This document shows, piece by piece, positions 1-8,137 of a stretch of 25,089 nucleotides of DNA. The position numbers were made by a program, and so were the translations under genes. The number at the start of each line of letters is the position of its first letter. Positions within the stretch are counted from its first letter, which is position 1. This DNA is from Archaeoglobaceae archaeon (lineage in GTDB: Archaea; Halobacteriota; Archaeoglobi; Archaeoglobales; Archaeoglobaceae). Under the pieces are notes generated by a model. That model did not search any database, was not told where the DNA came from, and was given only the letters and a program-made list of their open reading frames with translations. Where the stretch lies: the NCBI GenBank assembly GCA_038893835.1, contig JAWAQR010000020.1:1-25089 (forward strand), read 5' to 3'.

Positions 1-1322
1 TTATATCCTTTCAGACATTTGTAATCCCTGTAAACGGCAAAAACAAAATCATAACCCTGAGGACATGTCGTCGTAAATAGAACTTTTTCCCTCCTTAAAA
101 TCCATGGCATTGGCCAAAAATGACCATCTTCTGCAAAAACCGCAACACTGTAATTATTTTTCACAAGTTCACGAATTCTTTTTTCCATCTCAATCGCTCC
201 TAACTGCGTTTGGACATAGATTAATGGTTCTTCAACGTTGTTGTAGTCGAAATAGGTTATTTGAATCGATATAAGCAATGTAGCAACAATACCGATTGAG
301 AGTATAATTTTTACTTCCTTCTTTTCCAATTCGTCCTTCATAAAAACCATTGCAGCAAAGGCTAATGGTGCAGCTAAATGCACGACTAGCCATGGGGTTT
401 TGTAAACCATTGCATGGTAGAAAATGAAAGATACGAACAACCAGCAGATAGCAAAAATTTCGAAAAAGCTGAATTTTTTCCTAAAACTAATCGAAACGAG
501 CGCAAGGGCCAAAAATAGAAACTCATATCTCAGTAATATATTTACGAAATAGTAAATCGGTTTTTCATGTGGTGAAGTTATGCCTTGAGAAAGCCAGTAA
601 GGTAAGGATTTCTCCAGAAATCTTTTAATCCACTCTGTATTAAACATGACTTCTACCCAATTCTTAGCATGTATGGCATATGCGAAGGCTGAGGAGTAAA
701 GAAATGAGGAGAAAAATAAAAATAATGCAGCGCAGGGAAGAATGTTGAAATCAAAATCGAATTTTTTTTGCAGCAATTTTTCTAATGCTATAGCAGAAAT
801 TAAAACTAAGAAGTATTGAATCCAGTTCTCCTTTGAAGTAAATATTATTGCTAGGAATATGCTCGCGATTAGTGCGTATCTCATTTTTTTCTCTTCTCTG
901 TATGATGAATAAAAGTAAAGAAAGGCTATAAAGGATGAAACGACGATAACATCGTCTCTTGCGTATCTTGAGTAGTAAAGCATTGAAGGGGAAAATAGTG
1001 TGAAAAAGGAGAATATATAGGCGGATTTTCCAAACCATCTTTCAAATCTGGTTGCAAAATATACACCCAAGATGCTAAAAATGGCTACAGGCAATCTAGC
1101 TGCGAAATCGCTATCACCTAGTGTCATGAAGGAGAGAGAAATTATAAAATAAAGGAAGGGTCCGTGAAAGGCTGGATCGTAGACATAGCTTGGGCTTTCA
1201 ACAACGTTTTTTAAAGAAATCCAGGCATGAACACTTTCATCATGATCCATTGGTCGAAGATCGAGAAAGATCAATCTCGTAACAATTGCAATGATCAATA
1301 TTATAAACATCGCTTTTTTCAC
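1..1322 (-). CDS. GT-C / PMT-like multi-pass membrane glycosyltransferase (TIGR03663 / Agl23-like); 3' end runs off the window
   Basis: Hand translation from GTG 1322 (or ATG 1310): (M)KKAMFIILIIAIVTRLIFLDLRPMDHDESVHAW...YDPAFHGPFLY...ARLPVA...SPSMLYYSRYARDD...SKEN...HEKPIYYF...YKTPWL...FWPMPW; DE luminal motif and many TM segments; open to position 1. Absent from the ORF track because it has no stop in the window. Confidence 0.85.
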   Translation of the reverse strand, partial: MKKAMFIILIIAIVTRLIFLDLRPMDHDESVHAWISLKNVVESPSYVYDPAFHGPFLYFIISLSFMTLGDSDFAARLPVAIFSILGVYFATRFERWFGKSAYIFSFFTLFSPSMLYYSRYARDDVIVVSSFIAFLYFYSSYREEKKMRYALIASIFLAIIFTSKENWIQYFLVLISAIALEKLLQKKFDFDFNILPCAALFLFFSSFLYSSAFAYAIHAKNWVEVMFNTEWIKRFLEKSLPYWLSQGITSPHEKPIYYFVNILLRYEFLFLALALVSISFRKKFSFFEIFAICWLFVSFIFYHAMVYKTPWLVVHLAAPLAFAAMVFMKDELEKKEVKIILSIGIVATLLISIQITYFDYNNVEEPLIYVQTQLGAIEMEKRIRELVKNNYSVAVFAEDGHFWPMPWILRREKVLFTTTCPQGYDFVFAVYRDYKCLKGY

Positions 1323-1400
1323 ATAAATCGTTGGAGGTCAATTTTAAAAGTTTTTTCAAAAAGCCAAGAGATTCCAGAAAAGCTGCAAAGGAATTAATCC

Positions 1401-1418
1401 AGAAAAGCATATATATGC
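1401..1418 (+). promoter_or_regulatory. BRE/TATA promoter of the RLAN-RimK-GCS2 operon
   Basis: AGAAAAG followed by TATATAT (inside the palindrome GCATATATATGC, 1407-1418), about 30 nt upstream of ATG 1440. Confidence 0.6.
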
Positions 1419-1439
1419 AAAATAAAGTTAGGGGTAGGT

Positions 1440-2087
1440 ATGATAATCGTAGGGGAAAGTGATGAGGAAAACAGTTTAGAGCCTCCGGACCGTTTTTTAA
1501 AGAAGAAGGTTAAAGATATCGTTTTTAATCTCGTTGGAGATTATAGATTTCACACGAAAGGTTACTATGTTTCTCTTCACGCTGAGGAAAACAATTGTCT
1601 AGTTTATCCCTCAGTTAAAAACGCGTTGGATATCTACAGAGCCCCGGTTTTTATAGAGAGACTTAAAAGAGCTGGATTGGAAGTTCCCAGATTTGAGGTC
1701 ATATCAAGACCTAAACCAGATAAAATCGTGATGCTGCCTCTTAATCCATTTTCAAAGAATTCGATGAAGATGGCAAAAAGTGAGTCGCAGTATTACAAGT
1801 TCTTCCGCAGCCTTAGCATGGATTACCATTATCCAGTCGTTCACGTTAAGATAGAAGGTAAGGTTGAGGAAATCAAAATGCATATTTCTAAGGTTAAGGG
1901 AGGAAATGAAGAAGAGGAAATAATTGCTAGGAAAGTTTTTGAAACTTTTGGTGTTCCTTTGGGGAAGATATTTGTAGAAAAAATAGACGGTAGACTAAGA
2001 CCCTTTTATTTCATGCCTCTGAGCAAAGAAGAAATAGATCTGGATTTGGCCATAAGTGCGATCCATGAAAATTGGTTGCTTCGTTGA
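1440..2087 (+). CDS. RimK-like ATP-grasp N-terminal (RLAN) domain protein with degenerate ATP-grasp C-terminus
   Basis: VFNLVGDYRFHTKGYYVSLHAE...VYPSV resembles the RLAN signature; no C-terminal ExN ATP-grasp catalytic motif; overlaps the next gene. Confidence 0.75.
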   Translation: MIIVGESDEENSLEPPDRFLKKKVKDIVFNLVGDYRFHTKGYYVSLHAEENNCLVYPSVKNALDIYRAPVFIERLKRAGLEVPRFEVISRPKPDKIVMLPLNPFSKNSMKMAKSESQYYKFFRSLSMDYHYPVVHVKIEGKVEEIKMHISKVKGGNEEEEIIARKVFETFGVPLGKIFVEKIDGRLRPFYFMPLSKEEIDLDLAISAIHENWLLR

Positions 2088-2925
2088 GACTTATAATTTT
2101 AAATATAAAGAGGAAGTTGAGGCTCTAAAGATCTTCGAGGCTACTGCTAAAAGTCTCGGTCACAGCTTTGAAGTTATGGGGAAGGATATAATTGATAGAA
2201 TAGATGAGTTCGATTCCATTTTCATCAGAGCAACTACAGATCCCCTTTTCACTTCTTATGTCGTTTCTAGAATTGCGGAAGAGAGGGGGAAGAAAGTAAT
2301 AGATGACTCCGAAAGCATCAGAATTTGCTCGGATAAGGTGGCTCTATACTACAGACTACTCAAAAATGGTATTCCGATTCCAAAAACATTTCCTTTTTAT
2401 GGCGAATACGAGAAATTAAAAGAAATAGCTGAAGAGCTAGGTTATCCTGTGGTTGTAAAAGCTCCAAACTCCAGATTTTCTCTATACGTTGAAAAGGCGA
2501 ACAACTTTGAAGAGCTTTTGGCAATTTCAAAGAGATTTCTGAGGAGGAGCAAAGCTATACTGCTCCAAGAATTCATTCCTTCAGAATTCGACTGGAGAAT
2601 AGGCGTTCTGGAAGGCGAAATTATCTACGCCTGTAAATACCTGTTACCAAGGGGTGGATGGAGAATTCGCGACGTCGTAAACAATAAACTCGTGTGGGGT
2701 GAAGTTAGGGCTGTGAGTAGGGATAGAATTGCATCGAAATTGAAAAAAATAGCCATAAATGCTGCGAAAAGTGTTGGAGATGGGCTTTACGGTGTGGATA
2801 TAAAACAAGTTGGTAAGGAATTTTTTGTACTTGAAGTGAACGATAATCCAACGATCATGCACGGAATGGAGGATGCAAAGGATAGAGATATTTATGAAAG
2901 GATAATTATGGCTTTAATAAGCTGA
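2065..2925 (+). CDS. RimK-family ATP-grasp amide/peptide ligase
   Basis: CSDK, GIPIPKT, LGYPVVVKAP, LLQEFIP, DWRIGVL, YGVDIK and LEVNDNP motifs; ATG 2065 preferred over GTG 2056. Confidence 0.9.
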   Translation: MKIGCFVETYNFKYKEEVEALKIFEATAKSLGHSFEVMGKDIIDRIDEFDSIFIRATTDPLFTSYVVSRIAEERGKKVIDDSESIRICSDKVALYYRLLKNGIPIPKTFPFYGEYEKLKEIAEELGYPVVVKAPNSRFSLYVEKANNFEELLAISKRFLRRSKAILLQEFIPSEFDWRIGVLEGEIIYACKYLLPRGGWRIRDVVNNKLVWGEVRAVSRDRIASKLKKIAINAAKSVGDGLYGVDIKQVGKEFFVLEVNDNPTIMHGMEDAKDRDIYERIIMALIS

Positions 2926-4029
2926 ATGATTGGCCCAGAGCATGAGTTTTCGATAAACGATGAAAACTTCGAACCGCAATCGATTAGTGATATAGTTTTG
3001 AAGAAAATAAGGGGTAGGATAACAAATGAAGCAAAGCTCAAAAAATCTGGAATTGTTGTTGGGAAAGAATTGCAAAAGCATGTGATCGAACTAAAGCCCA
3101 GAAAACCATTTTCTAGCCTATTGGAGTTCGAGGAAAAAATGCAGGAAGGAGTTGAAGAAGTTCTCAGTTATCTCGATGGTTATAAATTACTCGGCCTTGG
3201 AATGCATCCTCTGTTAACTTTGGATAAAGCAGAAGTCTGGAACCATAGGGATAGAAAAATATACGAGGCTTACGACAGGTTGTTCAACATAAGACAGCAT
3301 GGCTGGTTGAATATCCAGAGTTTTCAGCTGAATTTACCATATAGAAATGAGAGAGAGGCTATTGAAATGCATGAAAAGCTTAGAATTCTCATACCTTACT
3401 TGGTGGCAATTTCTTCTTCTTCACCAATATGTGAAGGTAAACCCCTATACATTAGTTCCAGAATATATTTCTATAGAATTAATCAAATTAAAATTCCATC
3501 GATATGCAACGATGTTATTCCGGAAAAGGTTAAAAGTTTTGAAGAATACAGACGAATACTGGACAGAATTTATTCAGAGCTAAGAGCCATGGATTCGAAA
3601 GTTCTCTGTGCTGAATGGGTGAACTCTAGAGGGGTGATATTTCGTTTTACAAGGAATTGCCTTGAAATAAAGGTAATGGATGAACAGGAATGTATAAAGA
3701 GTGACGTCGCTCTTTCATCTTTCATAATTTCTATTTTGAGGTCAGAAATTCAGGAAATAAGCGAGTCTGGACTTAAGGAAAGGCTTAACGATGCGATGGT
3801 AAATGGGACAAAGAATTTGAAATCTGAGCTTAGAGAGCTGATGAAAAAGGCGCGTGAAAATGCGAATGATGAAGAGAAGAAGTACTTAAAAATCGTAGAG
3901 GATAGGATTGAAAATGGTAGCCTAGGTGAGAGGATAATGGAAAAAATGCGGGAATTCTCTAAGGAAGAAATTTTAGACGTATGTGAAAAGCTGTCAAAAT
4001 GTGTTGAAAAGAACAGGGTGTTCAAATGA
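2926..4029 (+). CDS. Glutamate--cysteine ligase family 2 (GCS2/YbdK-like) carboxylate-amine ligase
   Basis: IGPEHEF, KELQKHVIELK, GMHP, NIQSFQLNLP, NSRGVIFRF and CLEIKVMDEQE motifs; starts immediately after the RimK stop. Confidence 0.85.
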   Translation: MIGPEHEFSINDENFEPQSISDIVLKKIRGRITNEAKLKKSGIVVGKELQKHVIELKPRKPFSSLLEFEEKMQEGVEEVLSYLDGYKLLGLGMHPLLTLDKAEVWNHRDRKIYEAYDRLFNIRQHGWLNIQSFQLNLPYRNEREAIEMHEKLRILIPYLVAISSSSPICEGKPLYISSRIYFYRINQIKIPSICNDVIPEKVKSFEEYRRILDRIYSELRAMDSKVLCAEWVNSRGVIFRFTRNCLEIKVMDEQECIKSDVALSSFIISILRSEIQEISESGLKERLNDAMVNGTKNLKSELRELMKKARENANDEEKKYLKIVEDRIENGSLGERIMEKMREFSKEEILDVCEKLSKCVEKNRVFK

Positions 4030-4505
4030 TGGATTTTTCCGAAATCTGCTCCAGCTGTGGTGGGAAATGCTGTAAAGATGCGAATCCACCTCTTTCACAA
4101 AGGAGAATAGATATTTTAATCAAAAATGGTGTTAAAATTGAGGACATAGAATTTGGAAAATATGCGCATCCGAAAAGCAGAGAAGATGGTTTTTGCATTT
4201 TCTTTAAAGACGGGAAGTGTTCAATACATAAAATAAAGCCCGAAACCTGTGTTGCAGGACCATTTACTTTTGATCTGAAAGGGAATGTATTGGAGATATA
4301 CATTAAGACCGAGGAAATCTGTCTACTTGTTAGTTTCTTGAAAAAGAACAGAAAAGCGTATAAAGAGCAGTTTAAGCTTGCAGTTACGAACATAGTCCAG
4401 CTAATCCTCGATTTGGATAGGAAAAGTCTTGAAGAAATTCTAAAGATAGAGGAACCGGAAACGGAGAAAGTTGCGAGCATCAGACTAAGTTTTGAGGAGG
4501 AGTAA
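4026..4505 (+). CDS. YkgJ-family cysteine-cluster (Zn/Fe-S chelating) protein
   Basis: CSSCGGKCC...FCIFF..GKCSIH..KPETCVAGPF pattern; ATGA overlap with the GCS2 stop. Confidence 0.85.
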   Translation: MMDFSEICSSCGGKCCKDANPPLSQRRIDILIKNGVKIEDIEFGKYAHPKSREDGFCIFFKDGKCSIHKIKPETCVAGPFTFDLKGNVLEIYIKTEEICLLVSFLKKNRKAYKEQFKLAVTNIVQLILDLDRKSLEEILKIEEPETEKVASIRLSFEEE

Positions 4506-4547
4506 AAAGCGGGAAAAGTTAATATTTTTCAGGTTGCACTTTAAATC

Positions 4548-4799
4548 ATGGCAGAAAGGGTTAGGGATAGAGAGCATCATGAAAGACTCTTTAAAGCCTC
4601 GATGAGTCCAATAAGGAGAGAAATAATTGCTGCAATTGGAATCCATGGGAAAAGCAGAGAAGAATTGAAAAAAGAACTGAATCTAACAGATTTTCAATTG
4701 AAGTTCAACCTAGACTGGCTTATAAAAGAGGGGTTTGTGAAAGAGGAGGGTGGAAAACTTTTGCTCACCGAGGATGGTTTAGAACTGCTTGAAGTCTAG
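4548..4799 (+). CDS. Small ArsR-like winged-helix DNA-binding protein
   Basis: SPIRREII...SREELKKEL...LKFNLDWLIKEGFV...LLTEDG wHTH pattern; AT-rich promoter-like sequence upstream. Confidence 0.75.
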   Translation: MAERVRDREHHERLFKASMSPIRREIIAAIGIHGKSREELKKELNLTDFQLKFNLDWLIKEGFVKEEGGKLLLTEDGLELLEV

Positions 4800-5878
4800 G
4801 TCGTTATCTCCTCCAACCTTCCAAGCTCTTCAGCTTTTTTTATTTCCATCATCGTTAAATCCAAAGGGTCTTCAATTTTGGTTCGATGTTTTAGTGAGAG
4901 TATCCTCATCTCTGGAGACGTTGGACCTATAGCAGGATCTCCAGGAACTCTGAAGGATACATCGAAAACGACGAATTCGAGCTCATCATCTGGCGAATAT
5001 GCCATTGCACCTTGAAGACCGAACATACCGATTATCCCTGGAGGATATTCCTTTTCACAAACCCTTATAAGTCTTTCAGCATACTCATAAACGATTTCCT
5101 GCTTACTCTCCCTCATAGTAACACCAAAATGTCCTATCTCTTCATTCTTCACGGGAATATCTATCTTCAGCTGTTCTTTAGCTGGCAAGTTTAAAAAGCC
5201 CTGTAAATTAACTTGTCTTCTGTCGCTGAAACCAACGAAGTCAAAATCGCCAAAGATGTCCTTCAAGGCATAGCAGTGAAAGTTTGCGTTGAATCTAGCA
5301 CCTAAAACAAACTCTTCAATCCTAGCTTTTCTTAAACCTTCCTCACTGATAACACCTTCCTTTATCAATCTTTCTGCCTGCCTATAATAATCTTCTGGAG
5401 AAACTGCGTAAAAGAAAGCTCTCTCGAGCGGATTCTTAGCTTGTTGAACTTTTACAATACATAGTCTGTCTATATCTTCAGGTTTCTTAAACTCCTTTGG
5501 AACTCTTATTCCAGCCTTTTCGAGCAGATAATACTGATTTCTCTCAACATTTCTTTCTTCAGCCCGGAGGAGAAATCTGTTTCCGTATATTGGTACTTCA
5601 AAATCTTTTTCTATACCATCGTAACCCACGTAGACTGCAAAACTCCTATTGGGGATGAATATGACATCCAAATCCAACAACTTCTGCTGAACCTCCTCGT
5701 TCAGAATTTCTTTGAAAGAGTTCAGCGTTATTATGTGATCGTAAAGGTGTCTGTTATATTTTGTGTAAAGCTTATCTCTCCCTTTCTGTACAACTATCAC
5801 CGTCTCAAAACCCCATGCCTTTGCCGATGCCCCTATTTCCTTTGCTGAATGGGAGCCGAAGATGCCAATTCTAACCAT
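4796..5878 (-). CDS. purP: PurP-family formate--phosphoribosylaminoimidazolecarboxamide ligase (or PurP-like paralogue)
   Basis: GSHSA, FIPNRSF, GNRFLLRAEER, DRRQVN and DVSFRVPG motifs (DUF1246/DUF1297 ATP-grasp). Confidence 0.85.
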   Translation of the reverse strand: MVRIGIFGSHSAKEIGASAKAWGFETVIVVQKGRDKLYTKYNRHLYDHIITLNSFKEILNEEVQQKLLDLDVIFIPNRSFAVYVGYDGIEKDFEVPIYGNRFLLRAEERNVERNQYYLLEKAGIRVPKEFKKPEDIDRLCIVKVQQAKNPLERAFFYAVSPEDYYRQAERLIKEGVISEEGLRKARIEEFVLGARFNANFHCYALKDIFGDFDFVGFSDRRQVNLQGFLNLPAKEQLKIDIPVKNEEIGHFGVTMRESKQEIVYEYAERLIRVCEKEYPPGIIGMFGLQGAMAYSPDDELEFVVFDVSFRVPGDPAIGPTSPEMRILSLKHRTKIEDPLDLTMMEIKKAEELGRLEEITT

Positions 5879-5897
5879 GATTGAAGTTGTCCTAGGG

Positions 5898-6803
5898 CTA
5901 AATTACCTTTGCTATGTTTAAATGCACTTCGTAAAGTTTTCTCGCAATTTCCCTTAGAAGATCGACATCCTTCAGTTTATCAAGGAATCTCTCCGAAATA
6001 CCTTCAATTCCCTTTATCGCACCACATATTGCAGCTATTGAATCAGAATCTCCTCCAGCATTTGCTGCCTTTATTACAGCACTTTCAAAATCTTTTTCTG
6101 AAAAAACACAGTAAAATGCCATCGGGACAACATCCAGTGCAGAAATCGTGTTTCCAAGTTTTTCAATAGCATAATCAAGATTTTCTTTCTTTATCTCCTC
6201 CGCAAATCTTATCTTATCTGCCAAAAGAGCATCGTAGCTCTCAACTCTCTTAATAACTTCTTCAAGCATTTCCTCATCGCTGAAATCCAAAACTTTGCAT
6301 GCTATTGCAATTGCTACGGCAATTGCGGAAGCTATCGCCCCTATACCGCTATGGGTTATCCTTGAGGAAATTTCCGCATATCTTTCGACTAGGTTGAAGT
6401 TGAAGTGATAGACAAGTCCAATAGGGGCAACTCTCATCGCTGAACCGCAAGTGTCAGAATTTATCCCGGATTCATACCATTTTGCCCCTCTTAGCAACTT
6501 TATTATCGCAGCCCTAGTTGTAGGGCCAATTCTTCTTCCCGTGTAAAACCAGTTCTTTAACTTTTCCACGAAGTTCTCAGGGCTAAAGTAAATTGTCTCT
6601 ATTATCGATTCCGCAAGCAGCAGCGTTTGCTCTGTATCGTCTGTCCATTCTCCAGCTTTTAAATCACCGTATGGAGATGGTAGAAAATCTCTTATCTCAC
6701 CATATATCTGCTTTATTTTTTCTCTACTCATTCCTTCTACAGGCATTCCAAGCGCATCGCCAATTGCTAAACCAAGAATGCAACCCTCGAATTTTTCGAG
6801 CAC
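5898..6803 (-). CDS. ADP-ribosylglycohydrolase (DraG/ARH family)
   Basis: GLAIGDALGMPVE, WTDDT, GSAMRVAP, SRITH and GGDSDSIAAICGA motifs; GTG start. Confidence 0.92.
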   Translation of the reverse strand: MLEKFEGCILGLAIGDALGMPVEGMSREKIKQIYGEIRDFLPSPYGDLKAGEWTDDTEQTLLLAESIIETIYFSPENFVEKLKNWFYTGRRIGPTTRAAIIKLLRGAKWYESGINSDTCGSAMRVAPIGLVYHFNFNLVERYAEISSRITHSGIGAIASAIAVAIAIACKVLDFSDEEMLEEVIKRVESYDALLADKIRFAEEIKKENLDYAIEKLGNTISALDVVPMAFYCVFSEKDFESAVIKAANAGGDSDSIAAICGAIKGIEGISERFLDKLKDVDLLREIARKLYEVHLNIAKVI

Positions 6804-6836
6804 AAAAAAACTTGGAGTATTTTTTAAATATTTTTA

Positions 6837-7226
6837 CTACCAGGCTCTGAAGTTCGTGATCTCAACAACTTCCGCCTCTATTGCATCTAGCACGTCTCCA
6901 GTTCTTATCTGAATTATCCTTCCAACCCCTTTTGGATTGAGCTTTAACCTTACAACCGTCATCTCACTTTCCTCAATGTAATGGGGAGAAGAGTAGAAGA
7001 GGGATTGATGGACGACTTCTTTACCATTAACCTCAGCTATGACTCCACTAACTCCCCTTTCTAGATCCCTTATCTTTGAATAAGTCAAGAAAACGCAGTC
7101 TCCAAGGCTTACTTTTAAAGCCGTCGCAACATTGTGAGCGCTGCGGAGTTCTATTGTTCTTATGTTCCTCCTAACTATTTCCTCTATTATCCCCTTTGCA
7201 ATCCCGCTGAAAACATAACATCTCAT
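6837..7226 (-). CDS. DUF473-family archaeal protein
   Basis: SGIA..II......IRTIELRSAHN....GDCVFLT resembles DUF473; ATG 7226 just after the PAC2 stop. Confidence 0.7.
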   Translation of the reverse strand: MRCYVFSGIAKGIIEEIVRRNIRTIELRSAHNVATALKVSLGDCVFLTYSKIRDLERGVSGVIAEVNGKEVVHQSLFYSSPHYIEESEMTVVRLKLNPKGVGRIIQIRTGDVLDAIEAEVVEITNFRAW

Positions 7227-7230
7227 ATGA

Positions 7231-7947
7231 TCACCCATACATTGGGAATTCCTCTCTTCTCACTTCCTGAACTGCCTGTTCTGCCAACTTTTGCATCTGC
7301 GCCTCTATATATTCCGCTTCCTGAAGCAGCTTGTCCACACTTATCTTCCAACCAAAGATTCTGTTCATCGCTTCAATTACGTTTGCAGCAGCTCTTGGAT
7401 CTGGGTTAAAACCAGAAGTTTCTCCGAGTAAAGCGATTCCTGGGAATTTTGATGCTACACATTCGTTCATAATACTTCCAGCAATTCCGGAGATCGTTCC
7501 AGTTCTGAATATTTCCACATGATCCTTTATCTCGTTTATCAATTCCTTCTGCGTCACAGCTCCAAAAACTCTTTTCTTATCTTCAAATGTCGCTATGCCA
7601 GCGAGAGAGTAAACCCTTCGTGCTTTCACCTCAATCGCCCATCTAACAATTGCCTTGCTTATCCCATAGGCGATTTGCGGAATTATTGGAATGTCGGAAT
7701 GTATGAGCAGGATGTTCAGTTCCTTGGATTCATAGATCCTTATCGGAGGCATGACAACACCTTCATACAGAGATGCGATCGGTGGTAAAAGCTTTGAATC
7801 TAGGATTCCGAGATTTTCTAGCTTCAGTTCATTTATGAAATACGCGGTTGCAATCGTACCAACGAGACCTATGCCCGGGAAACTCGTAACGAGGATTGGG
7901 TTCTTTACAGATGGCTTCTCCACAATTATTTCCGCCTCAACTTCCAT
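7231..7947 (-). CDS. PAC2-family proteasome assembly chaperone (PbaA/PbaB-like)
   Basis: FPGIGLVGTIA, PPIRIY, GTISGIAG and PDPRAAA motifs; C-terminal HbYX motif M-Y-G; ATG 7947 preferred to 8019 (extension runs through the AT-rich promoter). Confidence 0.9.
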   Translation of the reverse strand: MEVEAEIIVEKPSVKNPILVTSFPGIGLVGTIATAYFINELKLENLGILDSKLLPPIASLYEGVVMPPIRIYESKELNILLIHSDIPIIPQIAYGISKAIVRWAIEVKARRVYSLAGIATFEDKKRVFGAVTQKELINEIKDHVEIFRTGTISGIAGSIMNECVASKFPGIALLGETSGFNPDPRAAANVIEAMNRIFGWKISVDKLLQEAEYIEAQMQKLAEQAVQEVRREEFPMYG

Positions 7948-8045
7948 AACTTCACTCAATTTGGAATAATTTAAAAATTTTTGTGATCGGTTTTTTAAAT
8001 CTCCAACCACAACATTCATAAATTCATTCTAAAACAACTTAAATA

Positions 8046-8128
8046 GCGGGGGTTGCCGAGTGGACAAAGGCGCAGGGCTTAAGACCCTGTCCCGTAGGGG
8101 TCCGCGGGTTCGAATCCCGCCCCCCGCA
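8046..8128 (+). tRNA. tRNA-Leu(UAA), intronless, CCA not encoded
   Basis: Acceptor GCGGGGG/CCCCCGC+A; anticodon stem CAGGG/CCCTG with loop CT-TAA-GA (anticodon 8080-8082); long variable arm CCC-GTA-GGG; T-arm GGTTCGAATCC. Confidence 0.97.
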
Positions 8129-8137
8129 TTTTTGTTT
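8129..8137 (+). terminator. Oligo-T terminator after tRNA-Leu
   Basis: TTTTTGTTT directly follows the discriminator base. Confidence 0.5.

Noticed and set aside
751-1038. 95-aa minus-strand ORF
   Set aside because: Alternative frame inside the real glycosyltransferase CDS (1-1322).
8100-8128. attL/attR duplication of the tRNA 3' end
   Set aside because: No second copy and no integrase seen in the window.
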